64,000 nt of DNA from Octopus bimaculoides (taxonomy: Eukaryota): the NCBI RefSeq assembly GCF_001194135.2, contig NC_068987.1, forward strand, positions 23,780,248 to 23,844,247. The letters are read 5' to 3'. Numbering within the stretch: position 1 is the stretch's first letter; every line of letters begins with the position of its first letter. The translations under genes were made by a program, and so were the position numbers. Below, in pieces: positions 24,623-40,111 of this stretch. The notes under the pieces are model-generated. The model searched no databases, was not told where the DNA came from, and was given only the letters and a program-made list of their open reading frames with translations.

Positions 24623-26761
24623 TATTCTTAGACACTTAGATAAGTCTTGACTAGAATTGGCTCAGGCCATATCTAACTTTATAGCACCACTTGGAAAAGA
24701 CACTTGATTTTTCATATTACAGTTAACACCATAGCCCATTCGAGTAAAGAGTTATTGTTTGCAAAAATATATCTGGATGTAGGTGCTTCAACTGGAATTT
24801 GTTGAAGATATTTATCTAGGAACAGTTTGAATGTTATGTTAAATCTTTTTCTTCTCTTATGTGTCTTGGCATGATGATAAAGAGATCAGGGCCAGCTGAG
24901 ATAAAACAGTTCTGTCNNNNNNNNNNNNNNNNNNNNNNNNNNNNNNNNNNNNNNNNNNNNNNNNNNNNNNNNNNNNNNNNNNNNNNNNNNNNNNNNNNNN
25001 NNNNNNNNNNNNNNNNNNNNNNNNNNNNNNNNNNNNNNNNNNNNNNNNNNNNNNNNNNNNNNNNNNNNNNNNNNNNNNNNNNNNNNNNNNNNNNNNNNNN
25101 NNNNNNNNNNNNNNNNNNNNNNNNNNNNNNNNNNNNNNNNNNNNNNNNNNNNNNNNNNNNNNNNNNNNNNNNNNNNNNNNNNNNNNNNNNNNNNNNNNNN
25201 NNNNNNNNNNNNNNNNNNNNNNNNNNNNNNNNNNNNNNNNNNNNNNNNNNNNNNNNNNNNNNNNNNNNNNNNNNNNNNNNNNNNNNNNNNNNNNNNNNNN
25301 NNNNNNNNNNNNNNNNNNNNNNNNNNNNNNNNNNNNNNNNNNNNNNNNNNNNNNNNNNNNNNNNNNNNNNNNNNNNNNNNNNNNNNNNNNNNNNNNNNNN
25401 NNNNNNNNNNNNNNNNNNNNNNNNNNNNNNNNNNNNNNNNNNNNNNNNNNNNNNNNNNNNNNNNNNNNNNNNNGGGGGGGGGGGAGATGTGTGTCCTAAT
25501 ACAGTTGTGTAATGAAAATAGATGACCTATAAAATGAAGTGAGATATAATTAGAGAGATCTGTAAGAGGTTGAGTTTGTCAGTAATTTAGATATTACACA
25601 CACCAGCATAGAATCAGCTGTTAAATTGATGGTGATAATGAGTGTAGCAATGATACTGTTTCTGTTGTTGATGATAAAATACATGAGTGGCATACCAGAC
25701 ATACTGAAATTGGGTGGACTTAACATAAGTAAACTTGAACATTATTTTATCAAACGTAATATGTTTAAATTGACAGCATACTATGCTTATAGTGTTCAGA
25801 CTGTGAAATAGATAGAAGTATGATAGAAGTGTCTTAATAGCATATATATATACTCTTTTACTTGTTTCAGTCATTTGACTGCGGCCATGCTGGAGCACCG
25901 CCTTTAGTCGAGCAAATCAACCTCAGGACTTATTCTTTGCAAGCCTAGTACTTATTCTATCAGTCGTTTTTGCTGAACCACTAAGTTACAGGGGTGTAAA
26001 CACACCACCATCGGTTGTCAACTTAGTGGTTCGGAATAAGAACTAGGCTTACAAAGAATAAGTCCTGGAGTTGATTGCTCGACTAAAGGCAGTGCTCCAG
26101 CATGGCTGCAGTCAAATGACTGAATCAAGTAAAAGAGTAAGCAATGAGAGAAAGAGGGGACAGGGACAGAGAGGGGTGGGAGTAGGTCAAGGACAATAAC
26201 AATAACTCAATTATAAAAGTAGTTCAATATATTTTGGCAATAGTTTTGATAGGGNNNNNNNNNNNNNNNNNNNNNNNNNNNNNNNNNNNNNNNNNNNNNN
26301 NNNNNNNNNNNNNNNNNNNNNNNNNNNNNNNNNNNNNNNNNNNNNNNNNNNNNNNNNNNNNNNNNNNNNNNNNNNNNNNNNNNNNNNNNNNNNNNNNNNN
26401 NNNNNNNNNNNNNNNNNNNNNNNNNNNNNNNNNNNNNNNNNNNNNNNNNNNNNNNNNNNNNNNNNNNNNNNNNNNNNNNNNNNNNNNNNNNNNNNNNNNN
26501 NNNNNNNNNNNNNNNTCAATGCAAAGATAATTACAGGAGATAGAGAGAGAGTTACTGGTTAAAGAGAAAGAATTACTGATTAAAGTGAGAAAGAAAAAAT
26601 TACTGGTTAAAGAGAGAGAGGGAGAGACATTATATATGAAATAAAATTATATACATTATATATAAAATATAAATTATATACATTATATATGAAATATAAA
26701 ATAAAATGAGTGGTGAGAGCATCATTCAATATAAAGGACAGAGAGAAGGAGAGAGTAAGTA

Positions 26762-26812
<51 letters not shown>

Positions 26813-29238
26813 GGTGAGAGTTACATCCTCATCTGTCTATCACCATTGTTTTTTAACACGGGTTGGATGGGGCATTTTGAGGTGATGTTTTATGGCTGGA
26901 TACCCTTCCCAATTATCAACCAAACTCTTTTAATCACCTTTTATGGTACAAAGCAATAGTGTACATGTTCTATATCCCAGACATTAGATGTAAATCATGT
27001 ACTGGCAGACAGAGATATGTGAGAATTACATAAGATATACAATATATTAGACAAAGAGATAATGGGAGACTGTAACATTAGATATAAATATATATTAAAC
27101 AGGCACACAGAGAGAAAGAGCTGTAATTATAGAATACATAACTAATGAGTACAGAAAGTGAGTTTTTGTACTCACTTTCTGATACTCTAGAACCCAGGAG
27201 AGTTAACCATTTCATGAACAACTGAAATCCCAGAGTAAGATACTCAACAGGAAACTATGATTCATTCTATATTAGAAAATCTAGAGTGCTACCAAATGTA
27301 TGGGAAAATACAGTTAATAGGTGCAGCTAGACAGTACCTCTATCTTCTCCCTCAACGTGGGTCACACAATGTAATTAGTAGAAATGGTTACAATTTTATA
27401 TATATATATATATNNNNNNNNNNNNNNNNNNNNNNNNNNNNNNNNNNNNNNNNNNNNNNNNNNNNNNNNNNNNNNNNNNNNNNNNNNNNNNNNNNNNNNN
27501 NNNNNNNNNNNNNNNNNNNNNNNNNNNNNNNNNNNNNNNNNNNNNNNNNNNNNNNNNNNNNNNNNNNNNNNNNNNNNNNNNNNNNNNNNNNNNNNNNNNN
27601 NNNNNNNNNNNNNNNNNNNNNNNNNNNNNNNNNNNNNNNNNNNNNNNNNNNNNNNNNNNNNNNNNNNNNNNNNNNNNNNNNNNNNNNNNNNNNNNNNNNN
27701 NNNNNNNNNNNNNNNNNNNNNNNNNNNNNNNNNNNNNNNNNNNNNNNNNNNNNNNNNNNNNNNNNNNNNNNNNNNNNNNNNNNNNNNNNNNNNNNNNNNN
27801 NNNNNNNNNNNNNNNNNNNNNNNNNNNNNNNNNNNNNNNNNNNNNNNNNNNNNNNNNNNNNNNNNNNNNNNNNNNNNNNNNNNNNNNNNNNNNNNNNNNN
27901 NNNNNNNNNNNNNNNNNNNNNNNNNNNNNNNNNNNNNNNNNNNNNNNNNNNNNNNNNNNNNNNNNNNNNNNNNNNNNNNNNNNNNNNNNNNNNNNNNNNN
28001 NNNNNNNNNNNNNNNNNNNNNNNNNNNNNNNNNNNNNNNNNNNNNNNNNNNNNNNNNNNNNNNNNNNNNNNNNNNNNNNNNNNNNNNNNNNNNNNNNNNN
28101 NNNNNNNNNNNNNNNNNNNNNNNNNNNNNNNNNNNNNNNNNNNNNNNNNNNNNNNNNNNNNNNNNNNNNNNNNNNNNNNNNNNNNNNNNNNNNNNNNNNN
28201 NNNNNNNNNNNNNNNNNNNNNNNNNNNNNNNNNNNNNNNNNNNNNNNNNNNNNNNNNNNNNNNNNNNNNNNNNNNNNNNNNNNNNNNNNNNNNNNNNNNN
28301 NNNNNNNNNNNNNNNNNNNNNNNNNNNNNNNNNNNNNNNNNNNNNNNNNNNNNNNNNNNNNNNNNNNNNNNNNNNNNNNNNNNNNNNNNNATACATTCAA
28401 ATTATTTATTAATTGTTATAATGTGAATATTTAATATTTAGGAGACATGCCCTTTGCATTTTTCAATGCAAGGACCTTATTAGGCATGTTACTGATCAAA
28501 TGATGAATATTCTCTTGCAGAATTTCTTGCCAAGTTTCATGCAGTAACTCAAAAGATCTGGATTTGAAGATGCTTTCTTGTTCTTCTTATGAAGTGTCCT
28601 GTCAATTATGTCCCAGAGATGTTCAATAGGGTTCATATCTGGTGACTAGCTTGGCCATGGAAGCTTTTTTAATGCCATTCTCATCAAACAAATCTTGGGT
28701 CATTTTAGCTGTGTAACAAGGAGCCCCATCTTCCATAAATAAAGAGTCTTTTTTAATCATTTCACCACTGGAGAGGATTGGAAGGAGTCCTTTCTGCAAT
28801 ATGGACACATATTTATCTGAGTTTATGTTTCCCTCACACTCCACCAGCTATGTACAACCATTGCTCCAAATTGCTCCGCAGACCATCACAAAATAGCTGC
28901 AGTGTTTCATTGTTGGCTGCAATCTTTTCACATCAAATTTTTGTTCACAGAGTCTCCAGGCCCAGGTTTTCTATGATTTTACAGTGACTATGTCCACTTC
29001 CAGATTGACCCACAACATGGCTTCTTTCAGACAATTCCAAGGCTTCTTTTGTACTTGGCATGATTAAACAGTCACATATAGAACCCAAAACATAAAAGCG
29101 TCGATAAATAAAAGATATAGATCTTTACAAGTTAGAATAAACATAAAACAATGTTTTATGGGGTGTCTATTTCTGTCATGTCTTTCTGTGTGTGTGTGTA
29201 TGTATGTATGTATGTATGTATGTATGTATGTATGTATG

Positions 29239-29296
<58 letters not shown>

Positions 29297-31308
29297 TATG
29301 TTTGCTTTTATGTCAAATTATATATAAAAGCAATTTAGCATTAAACTGAAAGCTTACTCAATACTTTAAATAGAGTACATGTTTATTAAATTTTTACAAG
29401 GAAAAGATTTACAGTGACTCCAAGGTATCTGCTTGCTTGCCTTCATCACACTATCAAACAGCCCAATGAAGGTAAGTAAGCCAAAACTTCAAAATCACTG
29501 TCAAACTTTCCATTAAGCAATACATACATAAGTACACATGTACATACATATATTACAATACATATACTCAGATACAAATGCATATTCTGTCGCTCTGTGT
29601 GTGTGGGGGGGGGGGATAATCATACACATGTATTCATAGGCACAGGTACTAAAATATAATTCCTCAATAAACATGCAGCATTCCATTACTAATGCAAATA
29701 GATAGAGATTAGAATCACTACATATGACTGCCATGCACAGATAGGAGAAAAAGATAAACATCGACAGACAACTGAAGCAGATCTGAAGAATTTTAGTCAA
29801 ATATATAAAAAAAAAAGCTTTGCTAGCTGTTGAGAAATTGGAACAAAGTTTTTTTTTAAATTCCTCAAAATCAGAGACTGGTGGAACACAGCAGCAATTA
29901 GTTTGTTCAGGCAGCAGAAAAACATATGAATGATAACATCAAAAACTATATTAGAAGCTTATTGACAGAACAGCTTACTGTAGACATGCAAATTCTTCAG
30001 TACTTATTTGCCATATTTATTGCATATTTTTTGTTGATATTTTTTTGTTCACAACAGAAGAGACAAGCCTGTTTTGAAGGCCTACTCTCATCCATCATCC
30101 CACTGTGAAGTACATTAAACGTGGAAAATCATTTGTACCCCTTCCTTATAAAACAAATTTCTATGGAAATGCACTGGTTTTGTTTCAATTAATTTTGAAA
30201 ATAATGAAGAATTTAGTGAAATGACTTTCTTATTATTAAGCTAATGTTTGGAACATAAATTAGTATGAGATTTTGATGGAAGGTTTTAATTTAAAACACT
30301 CTAAAACAGGAATTTTGTATTACAGGGACAGGATAGATTGGTATCAAAAGTGTTTAATAGCTTCAGTGATGGCCCCATTTATTTAACAATGACGGTAAAT
30401 ACTAAGAGAATCTCACCTCTTCTGATGTAACCTATTAGATGAACATATAAGCTAAATTACTATCTTCAGCTTAAAAAGAAGCCAATTATTACAAAGTTGG
30501 TTGGTTGGCTGGTTGGTTGGTTGGTTGGTTGGTTGGTTGGTTGGCTGGTTGGTCAAATGATGTGGAAGGGGTGGGGTTTAACTCCAGGCTGGCTCTCATC
30601 AAGTAGACACATTTGGCACACAGATAGTCAACAGATTGACTAGGTTTTGAGCATATGGTTCTAGATATACCCAAGCTCCACTCTAGATGACAGCACACTC
30701 ATATTAACATGCAGTGGTTAATGATATAAAATAATACACATACATATATCTATGTGTGTGTATATATACATACAACATAAGCATCATCATTTAACATCCA
30801 TTTTCCTTGCTGGCATGGGTTGGCCAGTTTGACCAGAGTTGGCAAGCTGGAGAGCTGCACTAGGCCCCAGTCTAATTTGGCTTGGTTTCTATTGCTAGAT
30901 GCGCTTCCTAATGCCAACCACTTTACAGAATGTGCTGAGTGCTTTTCACATGGACTAGCGCAGGTGCTTTTTATGTAGACTGCCATGGGTACTTTTTACA
31001 TCGACAGACACAGGCACTTTTTACATGGACCAACATGGTCACTTTTTACATGAACCAGCACTGATGCTTATTATGTGAACCAGCACAGCTACTTTTTACT
31101 AGGACTGGCATATGTATGTGTGTATATACATACATATATGTGAGTTCATTTGCTCATTTAACATCCATTAATTCATGTTAGTCCCTTCCTGTTGTTAACA
31201 GATTTCACATGTCTTCAAAAGTGAGAAGTGCCCAGACAATTTCCAGACAGAAGAGACATCATCATCATTGCTCATAGTTTGCGCACAAATGAAAACAAAC
31301 ATTCACAC

Positions 31309-31349
<41 letters not shown>

Positions 31350-31859
31350 TGTCTACTAAATTCACTCACAAGGCTTCGGTCAACCCAGGGCTATAGCACA
31401 AGACACTGCTCATGGTGCTGTGCATTGGACTGAATCCAAAATTATGTGGTTAGGAAGTAAACTTCTTAACCATGCAACTATGCCTGTACATACACACACA
31501 CACACACATTATATCATATTATATATAAACACACACACTTAGCAGTGGCTTTGAAGTCTCATCATACAGAGTTAATTTGAAGCTTCTGACCATAACTTAA
31601 TAGGGTTTACACTTTTTATAACTGACCTGAAGATGACCAGGACAGTGTGGACCTGAACAGTACTTGGGCAGGATTTGAACTCAGAACATAAACAGATATG
31701 ACCAAGTTCCACAAGGGACTTTTAGCCAATGCTCTACCAATTATGTCACAAACCAAATCTCCAACATTCCTTGGAAAGTTTAGCCTATCTATACCATAAT
31801 TCTATGTACTGTATGTACACCTTTGATGAGTTGTAATGCACCTGAGCACTAAACAATAA

Positions 31860-31890
<31 letters not shown>

Positions 31891-32457
31891 GTAAGAGATC
31901 TTAAAAATAATTTTTTTAAATTAAAAAAAAAACCAGATCTTTCTGTATTTTACATTTTGCACATGTATGCATACATGTACACATACATAACTGCACATTT
32001 CAGGCATTTGGCTTTATGAGTTGCAGAAAATAAATTAGGTTTTGATGACTCAATAAAGATATATATAGATCACATGCTACCTTCATTCGTTTAGAAGGCA
32101 ATGAGAATTTAATATTTACCTGACAACACTTTCAACTGTTTGCTTAAAGCTACAGAACTAATTAAGAAATGCCTTCATAAGTGCAATGTCTGAGCAGCCA
32201 TGGCCCTGTTCATAAATTTGTGTCTCCTAACATTGAAATATTTATGTATAAAGAAAGTGGTGTATTGTGATGTAAAGGAGAAATTGGTGGCGTAATAAAA
32301 CTGTCGTAATGTGTGTGTGTGTGTGTGTGTGTGGTAGCTGTTTTGGGAGGATTGTATATAGTTGTACACATGGGAGGTAGGTAGGTCTGTGTATTATCTC
32401 TGTGTGTGCATGTGAAGTATGCAAACACAGAAAAGTGAACATTAAAATTATGATGAT

Positions 32458-32497
<40 letters not shown>

Positions 32498-32886
32498 NNN
32501 NNNNNNNNNNNNNNNNNNNNNNNNNNNNNNNNNNNNNNNNNNNNNNNNNNNNNNNNNNNNNNNNNNNNNNNNNNNNNNNNNNNNNNNNNNNNNNNNNNNN
32601 NNNNNNNNNNNNNNNNNNNNNNNNNNNNNNNNNNNNNNNNNNNNNNNNNNNNNNNNNNNNNNNNNNNNNNNNNNNNNNNNNNNNNNNNNNNNNNNNNNNN
32701 NNNNNNNNNNNNNNNNNNNNNNNNNNNNNNNNNNNNNNNNNNNNNNNNNNNNNNNNNNNNNNNNNNNNNNNAGTATATATATATATATATATACCGGAGT
32801 AACAAAACTGTCCGATGAACGGGAACATGAAACTCAGAGTAACGGTTTTTTTGTTATATTTCTGCTGCTTTTAAATAGAGTATATA

Positions 32887-32932
<46 letters not shown>

Positions 32933-33340
32933 CAAACAGTATATTTGCTATATGTGTGTGTATGTGTTTATCTCAGAAGGCAAAAGTTGACAGTAACTTC
33001 AAAGTTCTTAGCAAAAATAAATTTCATACAATATATATATTAAGTTATCTTTCATTTAATGTCTGACTGCTTTTAAGCATGATTTTGCTATGTATTTCCT
33101 TATTTTCAAAATAGCCACACTGTATCCCTCTGTGTGTCTATTCAAATCACTGCCAACTTGTGGAGCATTGTCAACACATTTATTAACCAGAGATGGTTGA
33201 TTTCATTTCCAATGAGTTCAATGTAATTTTTACAAATATACAACTGATTGTTTATGTAAAATAATGTGTGTGTGTGTGCCAGAGAGTATAAAGTCCATAT
33301 CATTTAATGTAACTATCAATTCTAGAAGGATTAATTGTTA

Positions 33341-33399
<59 letters not shown>

Positions 33400-36300
33400 A
33401 TACACACAAATGCATATGTGTGTATGTTTAAAACATTCATGAGAATCTATGTGAACAATCCCAACACAGATGGCAAAAGGTAATAAAAATAAAAATCAAT
33501 CAAAAAATTTAGCTAAGAAAGAGACAAATCTTCAAAAGTACAAGAAACTACAATGAATATGGTAGAAATATAATTGACTGAAGAAAAGAAACACATACTG
33601 AGATTAACTGGGAGTTGCAATCATCATCATTATTTTTCCATGTTTTTCCATGCTTGCATGGACTAATTATGCAATTACAAGTTAAGTTGTACAACTCATT
33701 AGGACAAACACATACTACAATGAAAATACATATTGTTGATCTTAATATTCAAGCAATATTCAAATATTTCATTTAGAAATGTTTAATTCATAAATTCATT
33801 TAAATCAAATGATAAATGCCCAAAGTGCAACAAATTACTTCTTTTTTATCATAGTTGATATAAAGAGTGATTAACCCTTTCATTACCACATTTATTTTGA
33901 GATACTCTGTGTTTCTTTCAATTAATTCTAAAACAAAGAATTTAGTAAAATAACTTAATTATCATTAAGCTAGTGTTAGGGACATAAACTGTGATTAAGG
34001 TTTGGTGGAATATTTTAATTCAAAACTTATGAAAATAAGACATTTGTACAACAGAGCCAGAGGCAGTTTCAGCCGGGTTGATATCGAAAGGGTTAAAACA
34101 ATTGTCACTTTAACAGAGACAGCTTCACTGGTGTTGAATATTCAATATATACATAATTACACATCATCATCATCATCATCCACATTTAACAGCTGTTTTC
34201 CATGCTGGCAGGAGTTAGATGGTTTAACAGTATCCTGCAAGCCCAAGGACAGCATTGAACTCCAACATCTGCTTTAATATGGTTTCTACAGCTGAATGCC
34301 CTTCCTAGTGCCAACCAATTTGCAGTGTGTACTGAGGGCTTTTTCTCATACTATTAACACTAATGAGGTTGCAAGACAAAAACCCTCAACTGACATGACG
34401 ATGTCTGAGAGAGGAGGAATTAGCTTTGTGCCAGATGTTGAAAGACTAAAGTAGTGATATCATATCTTTCATGTCTTTGCTCCAGGGAGTAGAGTTACAT
34501 TTATTTCAACCCCACCCAGTGGCTCATTTGTTACATTGCAGCAATATCCTTAGTGTTACAGCATTGTATTGTCTCAAATTTTGCTATTAGTTTGACACAG
34601 TGTGGTGACAATAATTAAGTGCAATAGTTCAAACTATACTCTTTGCCTACAGATGCATGTAACTTCTTGCCAAAATTTGAAATCAACATTTTAAATGTCT
34701 TCAATACCCATCAGAACACACAGATGTACAATGTGTATGTATGTGTTAATTCACACACTTTCTAACCTTCAGTTGTTATTTCATAGTTCTTTAATCTCTG
34801 ACATTTTGGGGGTAGAACTGGTCATGATTATTTTGGAAAAGGTCAAAACACCCAATTTATGTTTAAAATTACTGATACCTCTTCCTCACAGCTAACTAAC
34901 TTATTCCACTTTCTCAACTGCTTATATTAATCAATTTTTTATTAACATCTTTTTAATCAGTAGGAGAGGTAGTGTCCATGACCCTTCCCAAGGCCCTTGA
35001 AGCTCTGGGAGGAAGGTATTCTCAAAGTGGAAACCTGAACCAAATGTTTGCTACATGCCCCTAAGGTGCCAGATGGTGGTGTTAAACCAAACAATGGATT
35101 AAGTATCCCACCCAATTGAGCTACAGCATGACGTGAACTCAAAACACAAAGCTAAAACAAATACCACAAGGAACCAGTTAAATGTAACAATTGTGCCGAA
35201 CTAGTGATCTGAATTGGTACTTTTTCTATTCAGCCTTGAAAGGATAAAAGGCATAGTTGACTTCAACAGGATTTGAACTTGGAGTGCCAAGTGTCAGGCG
35301 AAATACTGCAAAGCATTCTAATCTGAAATTTTAACAACTTTGCTACTTACTGTTTTTATTAATTGTTGAAGACAAACACTTGTTTCTTGAGATTCTACTG
35401 TTTCTACTCAAATGATTTTTAATTTTGGGCACAATTACATGTAAAGGATAGAGTGTAGTTGGTTTTTAATTCACCCCAGTTTTGACTGTTTTTATTTTAT
35501 CTCTCTCAACCCAGAGATGAGAGGCAAAGTTAGCTCCCAACAGCTTTCAACCCAGAATTTAAACAGCCAGCTGTTTTCTCTTTCTCTTTCACACACTCAC
35601 ACACAGAGTTATGTTCTTACAAGTCAGTCATAAGAGTAGGAACGATGGCTATGTTGTTTGCAGAGCCATCTAGTCGAAGTGGTTGACATAAAACTGGGGT
35701 GATGTCAGGTATGTAGCAAGACCACATGGAATAAGGCAGCCTATTGTAAAATCATGTCTCTGAGAGAAGGTTACTCCAAAATAGTCAAGGAAGTCATGGC
35801 ACAGTGTACCACGACTTCAAAGTTTACAAACAAATCATCCATGTGGCTAATAGTCTAATTCAATCATAGGCAATCTGTGACCTGCAAGACTTTGGCTTGA
35901 CTAATGAAAAATTATCTTGAATTTTTCTTAAGAGTGTAGCCAACCTGATGATGAACCACTTCTCATGTGGCCTGCTTCTCAAAAAAGGCTGCCCATGCCT
36001 GGTCTAATCATTCTATATAGTTCTCTAATATGACACACAAACAGAATAACTAACATTTCTCTACTGTACTGTTAGACCCTCCTACATCAAAACTAACAGG
36101 TGAGTCCATCATAAGAGTGTGCACATGTGATGTGTGTGTGTCTCCTAAAACCAGTGACCTGGCCCAAAAACTTCCAACAGAGTGGACTTTGATTAAGGCA
36201 CCAACCAGTCAAAACAGTGGTGTTAAACTAACAGGTTAAGCAAAAACAAAAACTGGAACCATCTATCTGATGGACTCTCACACAGATTATGTTTAACCAA

Positions 36301-39300
36301 GGTCATTCACAAAGCTTCAGTTGATTTAAGGCTATAGTAAAAAAAAAAAAAGTTGCCCAGGATGTCATGCCTTGAGATTGTACCTGAACACTTATAATTA
36401 TGATGCAAACTTCTTATCCATGCAGCCATTTATGATGGTATGTAATTTCTGTTTAAAGTTTCAACACATTTTTTTAACCCTTTCGTTACTGTATTTATTT
36501 TGAGATGCTTTATGTCTCTTTCAATTATTTTAAATATAACAAAGGATTTAGTAAAATAACTTAGTTATCATTAAGCAAGTGTTAGGAACATAAATTGTGA
36601 CTATGGTTTGGTGGAAGATTTTAATCAAGAACTTTTGAAAGCAAAACATTTGTACTCAGAACCAAAGCCGGTTTCAGCCGGGTTGGTAACAAAAGGGTTA
36701 ATTGGAAGGGTGTAGAGTCTGATATATATTTGTCCATTCTTTTGCGTAACATCCATTTTTCCATGCTAGCATAGGTTATTAGATGGTTTCACCATGCGAG
36801 ACTATGTCCAGAGTGAACACTACAGGTTTGATGGAGAATGGGGTATATTTAACGCAGCATTTTATGAGCAAATACCCTTCTTGTCACCAGTTCTAATCTG
36901 TTTCCAATTGTGATTTATTATTTCACTGATCTTTGAAAATGAAAAACAGCAGTTACTATGTCAACAAGGAATGTAAACATCACATTACCTTTTGCTCAGA
37001 TGGCAACAAGCAAAGATGTGGAAGATCAACATTCATGTGCATGTACGCACACACACACACACACACACACATTATATATTTATGTGTGTGTTATCTCAGG
37101 TTATAAACTTGTATCTTAAAATGTCTTAGTTATAACACATACTCTCTCTTTGAAAAATCCAGCTCATTAATAAATATATTTTACATGTATCACACTGCAC
37201 CTGACACTACTGCTGCTGCTGCTGCTGCTGCTGCTACTACTACTACTACTACTACTACTACACATAGATAGGCAATAATGAAAGTGATGGTATGCAGATG
37301 GTACTGTTCACATCAGTTGGAATCTCTCTTAACTTTAAATAAACTACTCTGCCATTGTTTTGAGACACCACCCATCCACTCAGCCATACACCCACACTAA
37401 CACAAATCAGCAAGGCTTCCAGACTTTTCTTTTATAAACATATACAGGCATTGACTGGTTAACTTGTTTACTGGTTTCTTTTCTTTACGCCTTTTTTTTT
37501 TCATTACTTTCAAAGAGTCACAACAATAACATCAACAATGACAGCAACAACCAACAATCAATACAAACAACGCCAAAGACAATACAAATATCAACAACAA
37601 GAATAGTGTTGAGAAATAGCAGTCATATCATACCATGTCAATGTGAAGGAATACATTAATTAATATAGTCCTGGATGCACTGTGTCAGATTAAAAGAGAA
37701 AGAGTCACATTTGGAAAACCTTGGATCAAAGGTCTTCTGGAGGAGAGCTTACCTGGGATGACATAACAACAACACTAACAACAACACTAAGAGATGCATG
37801 TGAATGGAAGAATGAAGAAATGAATGCAGTGCTGTTTACCTTTATTTACAAATGCTGACCTATGTATGGCTGAAAGAAAGCAGACATGGAGTCACTTAGC
37901 ATTATAGGGAAAGAGAAGAGAAAGAAAAGGGAGTGGACGAGAGAGAGAGAGAGAGAGAGGTGGAGACTGAGAGAGAGAGAGGTGGAGACTGAGAGAGAGA
38001 GAGGTGGAGACTGAGAGAGAGAGAGGTGGAGACTGAGAGAGAGAGAGGTGGAGACTGAGAGAGGAAATGATAGCGAGAGCGGAGAAGATGATTTTAAACA
38101 GGTACACATAGAGGGACACCCTTCCCTTGTATTATGGTCTTGGAATCCTGAAAATCTTGCCTCATGAAATTCTGTAATGCTTCCATTATAACAAGGGATG
38201 CTTGTACAGTAAAAGTTCTTACAACAAAATGTCAACAGACAGAAACATTTGGTGGAGGTTAAAGCAATTGGGGAAAAAAAAAGTTCCCCTCCTCCATTTT
38301 GCCTCCAACAAAGCAGAGATTGGCTGTTTACAAGAAAATCTTTATCTTCTGCTTAAATTACCCCACCCTGCTACATCTTAGAAAAGGAGAGACACAGTAG
38401 ATACACTGGAGTATAAAAAAAAATAATAGTTACAGCATGAGCATTTCTGATCATAGACTTGTTGACCTTGGGCTAAACACCAACAACTATAATGCATCAA
38501 ACTAATGAGAGCACCTACATGGTCACTCAGCTTCCTAACATTAGCAGCCCAATCTCCCTCACATCCCACCCCACTGCCTTAACCCTTTAGTGTTCAGGTT
38601 ATTATACTAAACATAATGCTTATTGATTCACATTGTTTTGAATGAATCATGCATTATCTCGTGTCTTTGAGATTTCGATTGTGATTGTTTAATGTAGAAT
38701 AACATAACATTGTAGGTTACGTGTGAGAGCCTGGATCAGGTCAGTTCGAACATAAAATAAATGGAACATTTTGGCCAGATATGGCCAGTTTAAATGCTAA
38801 AGTGTTAAACAAGGCTAAACATATTAAATTATGTTGTCAGTACACAGTTTTAAGAAAAATATGATGGTAAGGATACTGTTGATCAGCCCTGATGCTGGAC
38901 TAAACACCCATAAAAGTATCTAATGTACCACAATTTATTGCTTGAGTGACACAATTCTCTCTGGCTGTTAAAATAATCAAGCCAGCTGTGAAACATAAGC
39001 AACTCTAAAGTTTAGGAGTTAACAAGAATAAATTACCTTTCTAACATCACACCTCCACCATGATCATTTCTTGCTCAGCACATGACATACGTGTACAGAA
39101 ATCATCATTATCACTACTGATGTACATAGAAGGCCAGTAGTAGTTCTCCATACAGTAGTAGTTCTCCATACACCTTAAGTATGTATCATTTGTGAAGACA
39201 ATTATTTCTGTACCTGTCCAAACTTATCAATGGTATCCACATAAAACAATGAAATAACCTCTGTGCAATAACCTCGTGCGTTGGGCCTCACAGAGACCAT

Positions 39301-39668
39301 TGGCATTATGTTGTGCTTGAGAAGACCCGTCAAGCTGATCAAAATTGCAGTCGTAACAGATACTGGTGTCATGCAAATGGAACCCATGCCAGTGGCATGT
39401 AAAAGCACCCACTACACTCTCATAGTGGTTGGCATTAGGAAGGGCATCCAGCTGTAGAAAACCAAGCCAAATCAAACTGGAGTCTGGTGCAGCCTTCCAG
39501 CCCCAGTCAAACCGTCCAACCCATGCGAGCATGAACAAGGGATTTTAAATGATGATGATAATGGTGATGATGATGTAGTTGCTCAACTTACTTGAAATAT
39601 CACTCATATCTTCAAACAAAAAAGTAAAGGTATATATATATACTAATAATATAATAATAATATAATAT

Positions 39669-39709
<41 letters not shown>

Positions 39710-40080
39710 AGGTGCAGGAGTGGCTGTGTGGTAAGAAGCTTGCTTCCCAACCACATGGTTCCGGGTTCAGTTCCACTGTGTGGCAATTTGAGCAAGCGTC
39801 TTCTACTATAGCCTCAGGCTGATCAAAGCCTTGTGAGTGGATTTGGTAGACGGAAACACTGTATATATTTCTGTGTGTATCTGTGTTTGTCCCCTCATTA
39901 TCGCTTAACAACCGATGTTGGTGTGTTTAAATCCCTGTAACTTAGCAATTCAGCAAAAGAGACTGATAGAATAAGTACTAGGCTAACAAAGAATAAGTCC
40001 TAGGGTCGATTTGTTCAACTAAAGCGGTGCTCCAGCATGGCCACAGTAAAAGAATAAAAGAAAAAGAATATATATAAAAG

Positions 40081-40111
<31 letters not shown>

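Noticed and set aside
29400-29480. Plus-strand exon-like segment ending aag|gtaagt (antisense gene)
   Set aside because: An isolated strong donor is expected by chance; no chain of plus-strand exons was found.
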